A DNA stretch of 62,160 nucleotides, counting the filler, from Globobulimina sp. (Eukaryota): assembly GCA_003354225.1 (NCBI GenBank). It is 16 parts of 16 records of this genome, joined end to end, with 100 filler letters (N's around TTAATTAATTAA, not from the genome) between each part and the next. Parts side by side here need not be neighbours in the genome. Positions count along the whole stretch, not along the records: positions 11,685 to 15,478 come from PIVH01002082.1; positions 15,579 to 19,372 come from PIVH01002083.1; positions 19,473 to 23,265 come from PIVH01002084.1; positions 23,366 to 27,157 come from PIVH01002085.1; 12 more parts are not named here. One strand, written 5' to 3'. Below are positions 11,885 through 24,820 of this stretch, in pieces. The position numbers and the translations under genes are program-made. Positions within the stretch are counted from its first letter, which is position 1, and every line of letters begins with the position of its first letter. The notes below the pieces were generated by a model, which had not been told where the DNA came from, made no database searches, and saw only the letters and a program-made list of their open reading frames with translations.

Positions 11885-13079
11885 TCACTCCTTTTTGTGT
11901 GTTGCTCTATGCCTTGAAAAATAACTTTTGTCACTGAATGCTTTATCACAAATATCACATTTATATGGTTTCTCACCTGTATGTATTCGACAATGTCTTT
12001 TCCAATCATTTTTACCATAAAATTGTTTGTGACAAATATCACATTCAAATCTTTTCTCTTTATTATGAACGGAACGAATATGATCTGTTAAATGACCATT
12101 TGTTTTAAATGATGAATTACATTGATTGCATTGATATGGTTTACTGTCACTATGAGTATATTTAATATGTTTATGTAAAACACATTTTTGTTTAAATGCT
12201 TTATTACAGAATGAACATTTAAAGGATCGCTCTTCTTTATGAATTAGACAATGTCTTTTCCGCTTTGCTTTGTCATAAAACTGTTTCCCGCATACATCGC
12301 ATTTATAATTTACTTGATTCAAATGTTTCTTTTTAATATGTTGTATAACATTTCTTTTTAAACCATAACTTTTATCGCATTGATTACATTTAAATGCTTT
12401 TCTTATACGATGTTTGAGCCACATATGAGTTTCAAAATCAATCGCAAACAGAAATTCTTGCTCACACTCAATGCATTCCATTTTATATCTTACCTCAATG
12501 TTTACATTTTGCTGATGTTCTTCTTTTGATTCTAAAGCATTTCCTGTTTCTTCTTCTTTTATTGCTTGGATTATAATATCATTATTTTCATTGTTCGTAT
12601 TTTCATTATGTTGTGGAGGTTCTATTGATTCTTGTTGTATTATTTGAGCATTTTGAGGATAATTATCATTCATATTATCTTTATTTGCAATTTTATGCAT
12701 TTCTTGATAAAATGCATGACTTTTTTGATTTTTCTCATCAAATAATTGTTTAACAACAGCAATATATGTTTCTTGTAAATCTTTAATTAATATTGTTTGT
12801 GCTATAAACATGAAATTAAAATAATTATTTTGATATTCTTTTTTTATAATTTGATTATTATGTGTTTGAATCTTTATTTTTGAATTAATTTGATTGTAAA
12901 AATCTCGTTGATTCCGTTCATAATTTAATACCATTTCTTTGAATTTATGTTCAATGGATACCATACATTCTGAATCTAAATCAGTATTAACGGTTTGGAT
13001 TTTTTTAATACAAGTCGTCCACATTGTTAATATAACTGCATCACATCCACTCAAAAACTTTTACAGATCTATTGTCCAT
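11885..13079 (-). CDS. C2H2 zinc-finger array protein, apparently frameshifted at both ends
   Basis: Seven C2H2 fingers with an HTGEKPY linker. The upstream ATG at 13079 is out of frame by one base at the run 13053-13057. An eighth finger-like unit (KCSKCHKTF...) continues in another frame past the run 11892-11896. Confidence 0.85.
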
Positions 13080-13454
13080 TAATTTACTGGGAAATGGTGA
13101 TAACAAGCAAAAATTAAAGTTGTCAGGGATGAAGAAAGGAGTTATTTCAGGATGTAACGCACTTTGAAATTGGCATACTACATTACTCAAAGAATGACAA
13201 GTAATAATTGTCATGACAGTTGCTAGTGTAATAACCAATAGCAACATATACAATCAAAATAATCACAAAATAATCACAAAATTGCAAGATTTAAACTTAT
13301 TTAAAATTATTTAATGCATTCTTGTTCTGATTCGTTTTAATTGAGGCCTCGTAAATCCATGTCGATGTCCCTTTTTGTCTTGAATTCCCTTCCTTTGATC
13401 GTTTTTGATAAATAAAATCAATTACATATAATTCTTTGACTAAACTGGATGCAC

Positions 13455-13671
13455 TGGAAGGAATGCATTTAAGTCAGAGGTTTAGAAGTTGAGAGGTTTA
13501 GAAGTTTATGCGTTGAGAGGTTGGGATGTTGAGAAGTTGGTGGATAAAAGTATCGTAGAATTGGATTCTTGTTTCATTAATAATTCAACTTCTGAACCTC
13601 TGAACTTCTGAACGACTAAACCTCCGAACCTCTCAACCTCTCAAACCTCTGACTTTAATGCATTTCTTTCA
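13455..13671. mobile_element. Foldback/MITE-like element: about 84-bp imperfect inverted arms built of 8-bp tandem units
   Basis: Left arm 13456-13539 (GGAAGGAATGCATTTAAGTCAGAGGTT...) matches the reverse complement of 13586-13670 (GAAAGAAATGCATTAAAGTCAGAGGTT...). Unit is about AGARGTTN; spacer about 46 bp. Confidence 0.65.
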
Positions 13672-14203
13672 ATCACAAGAGAAGTGTTTAGAAGTGTGAA
13701 CCTAAAAAGTCAATTGTTTGCAGGTATGTTGTTTACTTTTAGTACAGATCCATATTTTGCAGCTCCTTCTTTATACTCGGTGTACAATATATTAATAAAA
13801 AATCACGATTGGTGTACGAGGTTTATGGACGTTGCCATATAGGGAATTATTGGGCAATTCTTTACCACCAAAACAACCATCGAAATTTAACAAAAACAGT
13901 AAAACATCTCAAAAAATATCTACATTTTTAGTTGATTGTAAAACGTTAACAGAGTCCAAATTTGATTGTAAAACATATACACACGCTCGATTAATTTATC
14001 ATAAATGCGTTAACGTTCGACTAATTTATCATACCTAAATAGAATAACATGTACACATATTTGTGTACAAACTTGTGAAAATTTAAACAACAAAACGGCA
14101 TAATTAATACTTCACAAACAAAACGACAAACAACAATAACATGTACAGCATAAACAATAAGTTATAATTTTATAATTAATTACAAATAATAATTTAGAGT
14201 CAC

Positions 14204-15404
14204 TTAGATATTATACATTTGAGTCTGAGATATCGATGTCTCAGATTTCACCGTCGGCTTCGAATTCATCCATTTCTTAAACATCAATGAACTTACAGCC
14301 AATTTGCATGGTTTACAAAACATATCATATTGATTCTTACAAAAAACAAACTGTAAATGTAAACATATGGCATTCACCAAAATATCAGTATTCCCCGCTG
14401 AAACATGCCACATTAATAGCTCAAATGTGTCATTCTCGACCACAAAATTACGATGAATCGCCATATAATTAATCAAAATAGTTGTAATCACAGCAAATGA
14501 AGCACAAATTAAATATTTTACTGATGGATCTAATAAACTGTGTAAAAAAATCAATTCTTCTTCTGTGGTTTGTACTAAATCACTCATTGAATTAACGGAA
14601 TTAACGGAATCAATGGAATCAACATCAGAATCAGCACCAGCATTATCATCATGAACAGAACTTGTACGCGTTGCGTCTTTGGTGGCGCAGCCAGAGGTTC
14701 TTCCAACTAAATGATCTTAAAAATATATACACAAATATAAACATATAAACACATATACACATATACATATATATACACATATACATATATACATATATAC
14801 ACATATACACACAATGAGGAACATAATTAAGTATTTACACACATGTTTTCTTGATAAAGATACAAAATAACAATATGCCGAAGAATGCATTGGCGAATGA
14901 GAAGAATAAAGTGCTCATCAATGTATATTCGTGGCCTCTTACATCATCAATGGAAATATATGCGGCATAAACCCCAGTACAAATTGGTAAAAGTTCGACA
15001 AACACACCAAATAATAAAAAATAATACATTTTGTCGGATAATTCTAAGTATGTTCCCTTAAATGATAGCTTGAGACGGAAGACAAGAAATGTGTACAAAG
15101 CAACTAATCCCAACAAATAACCGGCATAACCAATCACCAATACATTGAATACTAATTCGCCATGAATACAATAATACGGACTGTAGACAAATATTTCAAA
15201 GAGCATATAAAAAGTCGATCCAACAAAAAATAAAAAACAACTAATCAAATAGAGTGCTTTTAATTTGCCACCAAATTGGGATAAATTGAATGTGTTTTTA
15301 ATTCCAACCATTATGATGACATCAATACAGAATGCAGCAATAATCGCTAATGATAGAATGAATATTCTTTCTGCAGTCCACACACCGCACATTTGAAACC
15401 CCAT
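14204..15404 (-). CDS. Multi-pass (7TM/GPCR-like) membrane protein
   Basis: Exons 15404..14843 and 14715..14204 join in frame through a GT..AAG intron, giving 357 aa with about 7 hydrophobic segments and an acidic loop after TM5. Confidence 0.7.
14723..14813. repeat. Compound (AT/AC) microsatellite inside an intron
   Basis: ATATACACATATACAT... tract within intron 14716..14842. Confidence 0.9.
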
Positions 15405-15578
15405 GTTGCTATAACAAGTTACTGACGGAACTGCGTCGTAGAGTCGTAGCCTAGTCGATGACCTTATTAATACTAATTNNNNNNNNNNNNNNNNNNNNNN
15501 NNNNNNNNNNNNNNNNNNNNNNTTAATTAATTAANNNNNNNNNNNNNNNNNNNNNNNNNNNNNNNNNNNNNNNNNNNN

Positions 15579-18500
15579 GCGAAATGCAAAGTTTGCAAAA
15601 GAATTAGAAAGAATCGCGATGGATATGGCAATTTTGGCGCTAAAACAATCCAATATTGGCTGTCTACCAATGATGCAAAATTCATTCTGTGTTACCCGCA
15701 TGGCTCCAATTTTGGCGATGGCTGCGGCGGCGCCATACAGCAAACAAGTCAGTTCATACAAACTGCAAATGAGTTGGCCATGATGTTTAAGGAAATTATT
15801 GAAAAATTGAGAAAATATCAACAGACAGACGGAGAGAGCAAAGAAGATGATACAATTAGCGAATTAAAGGGTGTTCCATATGCCATCGAACAGTGTAATA
15901 TTGAGCAGTTACAAGAAATTGTGAAACATTATGCCTTTAAAACTATGCCAAAATATAACTGTTCAAAGGATATTTTATGTGTTACTGGAACGGGATTAGT
16001 CGACTTTATCGCCGACCAATTAATTTATAAATGCACCGCGACTTCGCATTTCATGACTTTTAAGCTGAATATTAAAGTGCCAGCCAGCGGGAAATATTTC
16101 TATCAAATGATTTTAGGAAATGGTCATTTAGCGCAGATTGGTTTTGCTGACGACGAGTTCCAATGTTCGGATAGAACGGGCCAAGGCGTCGGCGATGACA
16201 GTCATGGTTTTGGTGTGGATGGATATCGTGTTTTGAAATGGTGCAACGGATCAAGCAAATATGGCGAGAAATGGAAGGAAGATGATTTATTGACCTGTGC
16301 CATTGATATGGATGCAAAAACGTGTTCGTTTTATCTCAATGATAAGGATTTAGGCGTTGCTTTTGAAAATATCAATACATCCGGTGATATTTATCCGTGT
16401 TATACGTTGGGACGCGATTACCAGTCAACAGTTAAATTGTTATTACATTCGAGTGTGGTTAGAAGAGGACCGTGGACCAAGGCGGGTTTTGTCCCATTAT
16501 GTCTCCCCAACGCATCGTTTAAAAGAGAGGGAAAAAAGCAAGCCGTTATGAAATATTTTGATGAAAATGAAATAAATGGACTGAAATTCAATGAAATGAA
16601 AGAAGCAAAATTTGTGAAAGAGTTGTCGTCATTTCTTAAAAAACAACAAACGGATAAAATGGTGGAGAGTGCGTGGAATAGCGATGAAAAGGAAGAAAAA
16701 GAAAAAGAAGAAGAGAAACAGCCAGAAGACGAACAGAGTGAATTGAAAGAATTATATGATTTAATCCAAAAATACTTCAATGCGATGCGACAGAATGCAA
16801 AAAAAGAAATTAATAAAGTATTGAATGAAAGTATATCTTTATCAGATAATGATAAATTGACCCAAAGTTTGTGTAAATTGGTGAAAAATCTGCAGAAATA
16901 TGACGAGTTTAAAGATAAATCATATTGGAAAATTAAAGAGGAAAAGAAACAAAACGAAGAAGAGAAGAAAGAACAATTAAAAGATCCATCATTAGCGTTA
17001 GAAATAATGTTGAAACATCATATAAATGGAATTAAAATATTTGCAAAAAAAGAGATATCGCAAAAAGTGAGATTGAAAAAATTTATGTTCAATCATCTGA
17101 TGAATATTTTGGATTCATATTATTGGGAATTTACATTAAAATCTTCGACCATACCACACGAATTTTTTGAATCCGATGCAGATAAATTGAGTGGCGCCGA
17201 TGAGTTAAAATTGGATTCCAAACATTGTTGGGAAAAATTTGGTGATTTTCTGAGAAATGCTCCAAATGATTACAAAAAATTGATGGCCGAAGCTATATTA
17301 AAAACGGATGATTTTAACCGGACGTTAGGAACAGAGACATTGAAGCGATTAATTCAAGGATTCAGTGATATTTATTTTCGATATGAACGATGGCATTGGA
17401 ATACACGAAGAAAAAAGAAAAATGAAGCCGTTATTCATCAGCATATTCGTGGAATTGTGCAATTTCTATATGATGATTCGAAAAGAAATAAAGATTATAA
17501 TTTAACTATAAACAGCTTTATCTTTGATGAAAATTGGTGCAATGCCTTAAATAAATAAAGAACAATTAAATAAAGAACAATTAAAGAAAGAAATTGTCAA
17601 ACAACAGACAGAGATCCCAGACATGGCTACAGATGCCACCTTAATTCAAATTGAAATGCAAACTCACCGACAACTTTCCACACAAACTGAGGATTATAAA
17701 CAAGAGGAAGAGGAAAAGTATGCCAATCTCGACATTGATGATGAAATCGATGAATTAGAAAGAAAAAGAGATGCCGACGAAAATAATCAAGACTATAACT
17801 TTCAAAATGTAGCGCCGTTAAAACATTATTCGATATTTTCAACACAAATTCAACAATCATTTGTAGATAATGACAATCGGAACTTTTATTATTTTGAAAT
17901 GACAAATGATTTCAAGCAAGTGAATCAAATAAAATTTCGAATATCTTCCTGGCCCGGTATGCCTACACATATTTGAATAATTTATTTTCACAAACAAAAC
18001 ATGCACAAAAAACAGGAGCTGAAATTTGGATTAAAGCAGCAGGAAATACTCGGGATTGCAAAACCGCAAAACCATTATTTTTAGAGAAAACTGACAATAA
18101 TTGGTATACAATAAAAAAAGAAGCAATTAAGAAAAACTGGAAAAAAAAACAAGAAAAATTAACCATTGTTTATGGCAGAAACCGAGAAAAATCCATCATT
18201 GACAAAGTAAAAGAATCACAAGAATTTATTATTGGCATAGCAGTTCAAACCAAGACGTCTGATAAACATTTTGTTGTAAGTTCCAGTCATTTTGAATTAA
18301 ATATTCTAAAAACATGGGAAAAACAACAAAATAAACTTATTGATAATGGCGATTTTGTATTATTAATTGACGGAATCACGGCGTCGAGAGCTGACTGGTT
18401 TGTACAGCTTAAAATTTACATTGAAAATATATTTAAAGAAAAAAAAGTATATCTAAATCAGTTGAATTATTCTTTGTTTCCAAAATGTTGCAAATCCGTA

Positions 18501-19372
18501 GAAGTTCGTACCTCATATCAGGTTCCCGCTGCTATTTTGCGTGAATCGCTATCTGTGGATTTCTCAATGTCCTCCATCTTAGGAAAAGAATTTATTGTCA
18601 AAAAACAAACATTGTATCCAAATATAAAAATTAGTCAATCCGTTTATGAATTTATTACTGGCACAGATAAAAATAAATTGATTGGGAAACATCCGCAATT
18701 TAATCAAGTTCGACAGTTTTATAATGCTCCAAAATTGCAACAATTTCAACAATTTTTAGTTCGAAATGCTCCGAAACAAACTGACTATGATGACCGTATG
18801 TTTTATGACGAAATCGCATATCAAGAAAAGGTAAATAAATCAACAAAAAAGATTTACTTGAAAGCGGATTTAGATGAATATATTGAGGAAAAATATGGAA
18901 AGGAACCAGAAGAAGAAGAGGAGGAAGAAGAAAAAAAGCATGCAAATGAAGATACGATCAACATTGAGGAAATTGAAAATGTTAACGATGGTTTATTATC
19001 TTTCAATGCCTTCACTTTTTATGAAATTAAACAATTAAATGAAGGATTACGAGCATTTTTAATCAGACAACAAAGTAAATATTTTAATAAAAAAACATTT
19101 TTACGCAAATTGGAATTAATCCAAGAAAAATTAGAGACGTTTCCAATATGGCCGTCGATCACAATTGAACCAAAACGCCCCGATGTCATAATTACGCGAA
19201 TTTGTGGTGATGGAAATACAGAATTAAGGTCGCGATTTTCTATCGACACTGCGGCGTTCACCTCGCGGCCATTACCATTATTAACAAACAGCAAGTTTCC
19301 ATCGCAAGGTATCTATTATTATGAATTGCGAATAAAATCCATATCCAATGATATAAATACTGCGATATCTGC
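15579..19372 (+). CDS. Large SPRY-domain protein, internal fragment with one frameshift
   Basis: SPRY motifs QIGFAD..GVGDDSHGFGVDG..KW..YGEKW..CAIDMD..FYLN; a second SPRY-like start GIYYYELRI at the contig end. Extra TAAA at about 17550 shifts the frame; intron 17957..18015. Confidence 0.75.
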
Positions 19373-19472
19373 NNNNNNNNNNNNNNNNNNNNNNNNNNNN
19401 NNNNNNNNNNNNNNNNTTAATTAATTAANNNNNNNNNNNNNNNNNNNNNNNNNNNNNNNNNNNNNNNNNNNN

Positions 19473-20850
19473 TGTAGCATCAACTTTCACGGTAGAATTA
19501 TCACTAAAAGTGCCCAAATCTTGTTGATTTACAACATCTCTAACCTGAAATGATCCGCTATCATAATCTTCAAACATTGGATAAAATTCACTATTATATC
19601 CAAATGGATGTACTGTTACATTTACCCCATTATTTGTCTGTGCTTTATTAACAACCACAATAACAACATCTCCACCGCTTATCGGCTTACCCCATATTTC
19701 ATATTCATCCAACATTCTTAACATTGATCCTTGAGTACAATCCATATCCTGATTGATTGCAATTACCTCTTTATTTGTGATCAAATGCATAATATCCTTA
19801 TCACCCAATAACTGTTCCAAAGTAGCACCAAATATCAATGGCGTAGACAGCACGGACCATAATAAAAACTCTGACCTATACTGTGCCAATGACATGCGTC
19901 CCTGTGCTGTGGTCAACATATCCGCCATATTGAAAATGCCGCAACTTTGATATATGGATAAGCCAATTTGTTGGTGCAAGTTATCCATCACAGAACGCCA
20001 ACTGTCTTCTCTATCAAACCAGGATTTGAACATATGAGCCACGGATAGCTTGCTTGTATTATCATAAAATGGCTCTTTGTTGACCCATTCATAGATCAAT
20101 TCATCCGATTTCGTGGCTAATTTGATTGTGTTGGCCTGTTATATTCGAATCGCAACATTCAAATTAAAATGCAATGAGCGAATAAAAAGTGAGAACCTGA
20201 GTGCAATGATATGAGTGTGGATTGAATAAACGATAGGAAGTGCTGGGATTTCCACCATCGATGTAATAGACAGCATTTCCGTTGGAATACATATTTAAGA
20301 AATATCCCATATAATATGTTGAATTTTGAATGCAGCCATTTGTTGTGCCACATTTTGAAGTATCATCACTTGCTTCCATCGAACATGTATCGTGTTTTAC
20401 AAAGTCAAAGCCCCATTTTATGAATGAGTGTGCATCGATTTGTTCGTATCCCAATGAGCCCGTAAAGCCGCCGCAAGTGGTGAATGACACTGATGTATAA
20501 ATTCCTAATTTTAAGCCCAACGCATGAACATAATCTGATAAGTTTTTAAAACCGTACGGGAATTTATCAACATCCACAATGATTTCATTTGTAGAGCTAT
20601 TCCGTGGATATTCTTCAGTACAACTCTTATCACGCGCATATTTATTGCATTTGGGCCAGCCATCATCAATTAAAATGTATTCATAGCCATATTCGGCAAG
20701 ATTTGCGGATAACAATTCTGCCGATTTGCGGATAAATGAATCATTTACTGAATATTCTACAGAATTCCAGGAACTCCATCCCATTGGAGGTAGCATTGTA
20801 TTACCATTACAAGATGACAATATGTACAATGAAAGTAAATAATGCGACAT
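19473..20850 (-). CDS. GH27 alpha-galactosidase / alpha-N-acetylgalactosaminidase, 3'-truncated
   Basis: Signal peptide; PPMGWSSWN, IDDGW, KFPYGFKNLSDYVHALGLKLGIY, WGFDFVKHDTC, VIAINQD. Intron 20196..20136. Confidence 0.95.
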
Positions 20851-21011
20851 CTGCCAAGACTCAGTAAAAGCTCTAGTCTTATAATTATTATTTTCTTTAT
20901 ATTTTTGAAAAAATAACAGTGACAGAAAAGCAGTTTAGATTGCTGCAAGATTCTCCTTCAGAAGTTATAGTGTATTTTACCTATAACGAAAAGCAGCGTT
21001 AACTCAATTAA

Positions 21012-21509
21012 TCATTGTTTTAAATGATTTGAGGACCAAATATCTATATATATTTTCCATTTTTCTTTTGGTGTATTTCTTTTAAGAATTAATACATTTT
21101 TCCCATCATCAACAACATCATCACCGTCACCAATATTTAAATATGTATATGTGCCACGGACAAAGGCCATTGTTGAATCTTTATCCATTGGTCCAGCTTC
21201 ATCTAAATGAGCAACAATTTGGCTTACGCGATTTATAACTTTTGAGAAATATTTCCTGGCATTTTCATGTCCAGAAAATGATTCTTCCCCACTTGCCATT
21301 ATTGTACAATCTTCCGTATATAATTCACATAATTTATCTACATCGCGACGATTATATAATTCTAACCATTCATCGTGCACACCCGCTAAATCTGGAGTAC
21401 TTGTGCCATATCCTGAATATATGGTAAATCTATGCGTTTGATGTCTAGTTGTTGTTAATGTTGGAAAAACTGATCTTGTAATGAATCGGTTGGAGAATTT
21501 AGATAACAT
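21012..21509 (-). CDS. NTF2-like (SnoaL/DUF4440-type) protein with mitochondrial presequence-like N-terminus
   Basis: MLSKFSNRFITRSVF... is R/S/T-rich with no acidic residues; then YNRRDVDKLCELYTED...GK.VLILKR...WKIYIDIWSSN. Confidence 0.8.
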   Translation of the reverse strand: MLSKFSNRFITRSVFPTLTTTRHQTHRFTIYSGYGTSTPDLAGVHDEWLELYNRRDVDKLCELYTEDCTIMASGEESFSGHENARKYFSKVINRVSQIVAHLDEAGPMDKDSTMAFVRGTYTYLNIGDGDDVVDDGKNVLILKRNTPKEKWKIYIDIWSSNHLKQ

Positions 21510-21565
21510 GGTTGTGTATACAAAAAAAAACACTGCTTCGATAAACTTTGCAACTTAATTGAAAC

Positions 21566-22650
21566 ATGGCAACCACGCAAATTGAATGGATACATTTACC
21601 ATCAGCTCCCAAAATGTGGCTATCAAAACCAATTATGATAAACGAATCAGAATTCATTGTAGCTACAGAAAAAATGCAGGCAGAGAATAACAATGAAAAT
21701 GAAGGCATATTCTGTTACAATACATTTAGCAATACATGGTCAATGTTTTTTAGATATCCCGACAATATCAACATATACATTGAATATCCCACCATATGGT
21801 TAGACGAAAAAGGTAATATATTGTACCTGCATTCAGACAGAAAAACATTGCTAATCATAAATACAATCACCAAATCATACGATATCAAACAAGATTTTGT
21901 TTTTTCTGGCAGTTACGCGCCGTGCATTGCTATCCATGACACGTTTCATTTAATTGGAGGCGATCGGAGTACAGCTCATTTGGTATGGAACGATGTACAA
22001 AATAAACCAAAACAGTTTCTACGCATTCATACGTTCGCGGATTATACCGCCGGATGTGAGAACCCTGGTTTTATCCATGTTAAATCGCAAAATATGTTTC
22101 TATTATTTGGTGGATATGATAGGGACAGACATTATTCCGTCAACACAGAACCATACAAAATATGGTATTATAAATATGTAGGTTTGATTTGTTGACATTG
22201 TTTTTGCAAAATTAAACCAAAACGCTTGTTTTTCAACAGAATGAAATGAAGCAAGGATGGAAACAATATAAAAATATGCGAATGCCATATAATATCCGCT
22301 TATTTGGATTTGCTATGACTAATAATGAGAAATATATCATGATATGCGGTGGTATTAAGTTAGAGAATAAACAATTGCCAAAAAGGATATTTGTGATAGA
22401 TATTGCAGCGGGAACAATGAGACAATCAAATGTATGTTGTCCAGTGGAGTCTGCATGGCATTCAGTGATAATGCCGCAAAATCCGATGGATAAATTGTTG
22501 GTAAGTGGGTATTTGAAAGATATGACTGTTTTGAATGGGGTTAAGCTCCCGAAAGAGATTCGTAATTTAATTGTAGCATGGTACTCATCTTCAGATGTAC
22601 ATCTATTGAAAAATGGAGGTCATTGGAAACTCAGTGTTAACTACATATAA
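21566..22650 (+). CDS. Kelch-like beta-propeller protein
   Basis: HLIGG, LLFGGY and MICGG motifs; intron 22178..22239 joins the two ORFs in phase 0. Confidence 0.75.
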
Positions 22651-22750
22651 TTATCAAACACAATTGTTGTACAGACAGTGTCCATGGATGCAATCTGTTT
22701 TTTGTGTTTCTAACAGTAAGAAAAACAAAACTGAAGTAGCGAAGTAGACA

Positions 22751-23265
22751 ATGTCGATGCATTCCTACCTATCACGACTAAACACAATATTTTTCTTTGC
22801 ATTGATGTGTTTAGCCGCTTCTGGTGGTTTAGCCGCATTAAGTTGCTTCATTCCTTATGTAAATCCACCGGATTCCGTGAAAAATCTAGTTTCCGATGTC
22901 ACAAAAGTGGATATTGATAGTTTGTTAAGTGAATAATAAATAATGAACAATATTGTGAGTAAAAATGATGTGTATGAAACATAACAGTTTCCATCATCAT
23001 GGATCATTACGAAGAGGAGTGCGAAGGACAAAGTTTGAGAGGGCAGAATTAACATTTTCAGTGGATGTTGATTTGAGAGATGAATTTCATTGGAATACCA
23101 AGCAATTATTTGTGTGGTTATCTGCGGATTATATTGGAAAACAGAGTAAAATTACACATAGAACATCATTATGGGACAGTTTAGTTATTACAAAATCGCA
23201 AGCTTTGTTTGAAATTGATGCGAAACTCCCGGAATATAAATTGATTAATACATTTACCTATGGCA
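22751..23265 (+). CDS. SPCS3: Signal peptidase complex subunit 3 (SPC22/23), 3'-truncated
   Basis: MHSYLSRLNTIFFFAL N-terminus; DLRDEFHWNTKQLFVWLSADY and LWD motifs. Intron 22924..22987. Confidence 0.88.
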
Positions 23266-23365
23266 NNNNNNNNNNNNNNNNNNNNNNNNNNNNNNNNNNN
23301 NNNNNNNNNTTAATTAATTAANNNNNNNNNNNNNNNNNNNNNNNNNNNNNNNNNNNNNNNNNNNN

Positions 23366-24491
23366 TATTCGGTTTTTTATCACCAAGGAAGTTGTACACT
23401 GCATCTAATACTTTTTGAAATTGCGTAATGTCGACTGCATTTGCATTGGGTGATCTGTATACTGATAGGAATACAATTTGGTGCCTATTTCGAATTTTTT
23501 TATCCATCATCAGTATCACCGCACTCGCATGAATTTTATTCTTACCTTCAATACCTTCATATATCGTTTCTGGTATTGGTATTGGAAGGAATTGCTCAAT
23601 ACTTTCATGCACAAAAATAGCCGTTGCTCCATATTTATCATGCGTTGCCAAACACATACTATCTGATACATTGTGTATATGCTCTTTCTTGACCGTATCC
23701 CTGTATCCAGTGCCCTTTGTGCCATATGGTTCTTGTACCATAACTACCATTGGTTTATGTCTTTGTATATAGTCTTTGATTTGTACTAATTTACCATAGG
23801 CTTTGCTTTCTCTTTCCTCTTCCTCTGGGTTTTGGTGTCTTCTTCGTGTTTGCTTCTTCCCCGCCCTCAGATATCCATCAACATTCCAGGTAATTATTTT
23901 GTGTACTGTATTTTTTTTGAGGTGGAATCTCTTCTTTCTTTTATTCATTGGTATGTTTCGTTGAAAGTTTATGTACATGTCATTAATGTTTGGTGTGGGT
24001 CTGGATTGTTTTTGTCGCTTTTTTCGTTGCTTTCTTCTGGTTTCTATCCCTGATTGAATACAATGTTCGCACTGGTTTGAGTCCACCAATTTTGCATCTG
24101 CCTTCGGGAAAAATCCTATTTTATGTTTTATTCTTCGATTTGAAGTGCATTTCATTGGCAGTTTTTGTTTTCTTCTCCTTTTTTTGGTGGGTCGCTGTTT
24201 TAACGCATACTTTCTCCTCTTTTGACAGGGTTGTCGTGTTTGGTCCGTTGTTGCTTCTTCCTTTGATTCATACTGCCGTCTGCTTCTTTTACGTCGCCTC
24301 CTTGGATTAATTGGTTGCGAATGATTATATCTCTGGATCCTCGAATTTGGTATTATTGTATTGTTTTGGTTGGGATTGATTTTATTTTCATATTCTTCAT
24401 AGGAGCTATGGATTCTTGATTGATTGTTTGATTGGATGTTTGATTGGTTGTTTGATTGGTTGTTTGATTGGTTGATTTGGGTATTATTCAT
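23366..24491 (-). CDS. LINE ORF2 N-terminus: basic extension plus APE (EEP) endonuclease, truncated
   Basis: KIITWNVDG, VMVQE, GATAIFV, FLSVYRSPN motifs. Confidence 0.85.
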
Positions 24492-24820
24492 TGGTATTTT
24501 TATCACTAAAAAAAGATAAGATTAAAAAGAAAAGAATAAAAAAGTAAATTGGTGTTAGAATTAAATAGAATGATTCGGGTTAATTATCAAACAATAATAG
24601 AAATAGAATTATTCAATAATTGAAAAGATAAAATTAAAAGGAAAAGAATAAAATAAAATAAAATAAGCAATGTAAAAGGAATTAAAAATTAGAATTAGTA
24701 TTTGATTATAAAAATAAATAAATTAAATGAATAATTTATTACTGTTTATACAATGAAAAATAAAAATAAATACAAATTTATGATACAATCTATTATTACA
24801 ATTATGTTATGGTATTATCC

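Noticed and set aside
13935-14035. Short direct repeats GATTGTAAAAC x2 and TAATTTATCATA x2
   Set aside because: Too short and too few for a CRISPR-like or LTR structure.
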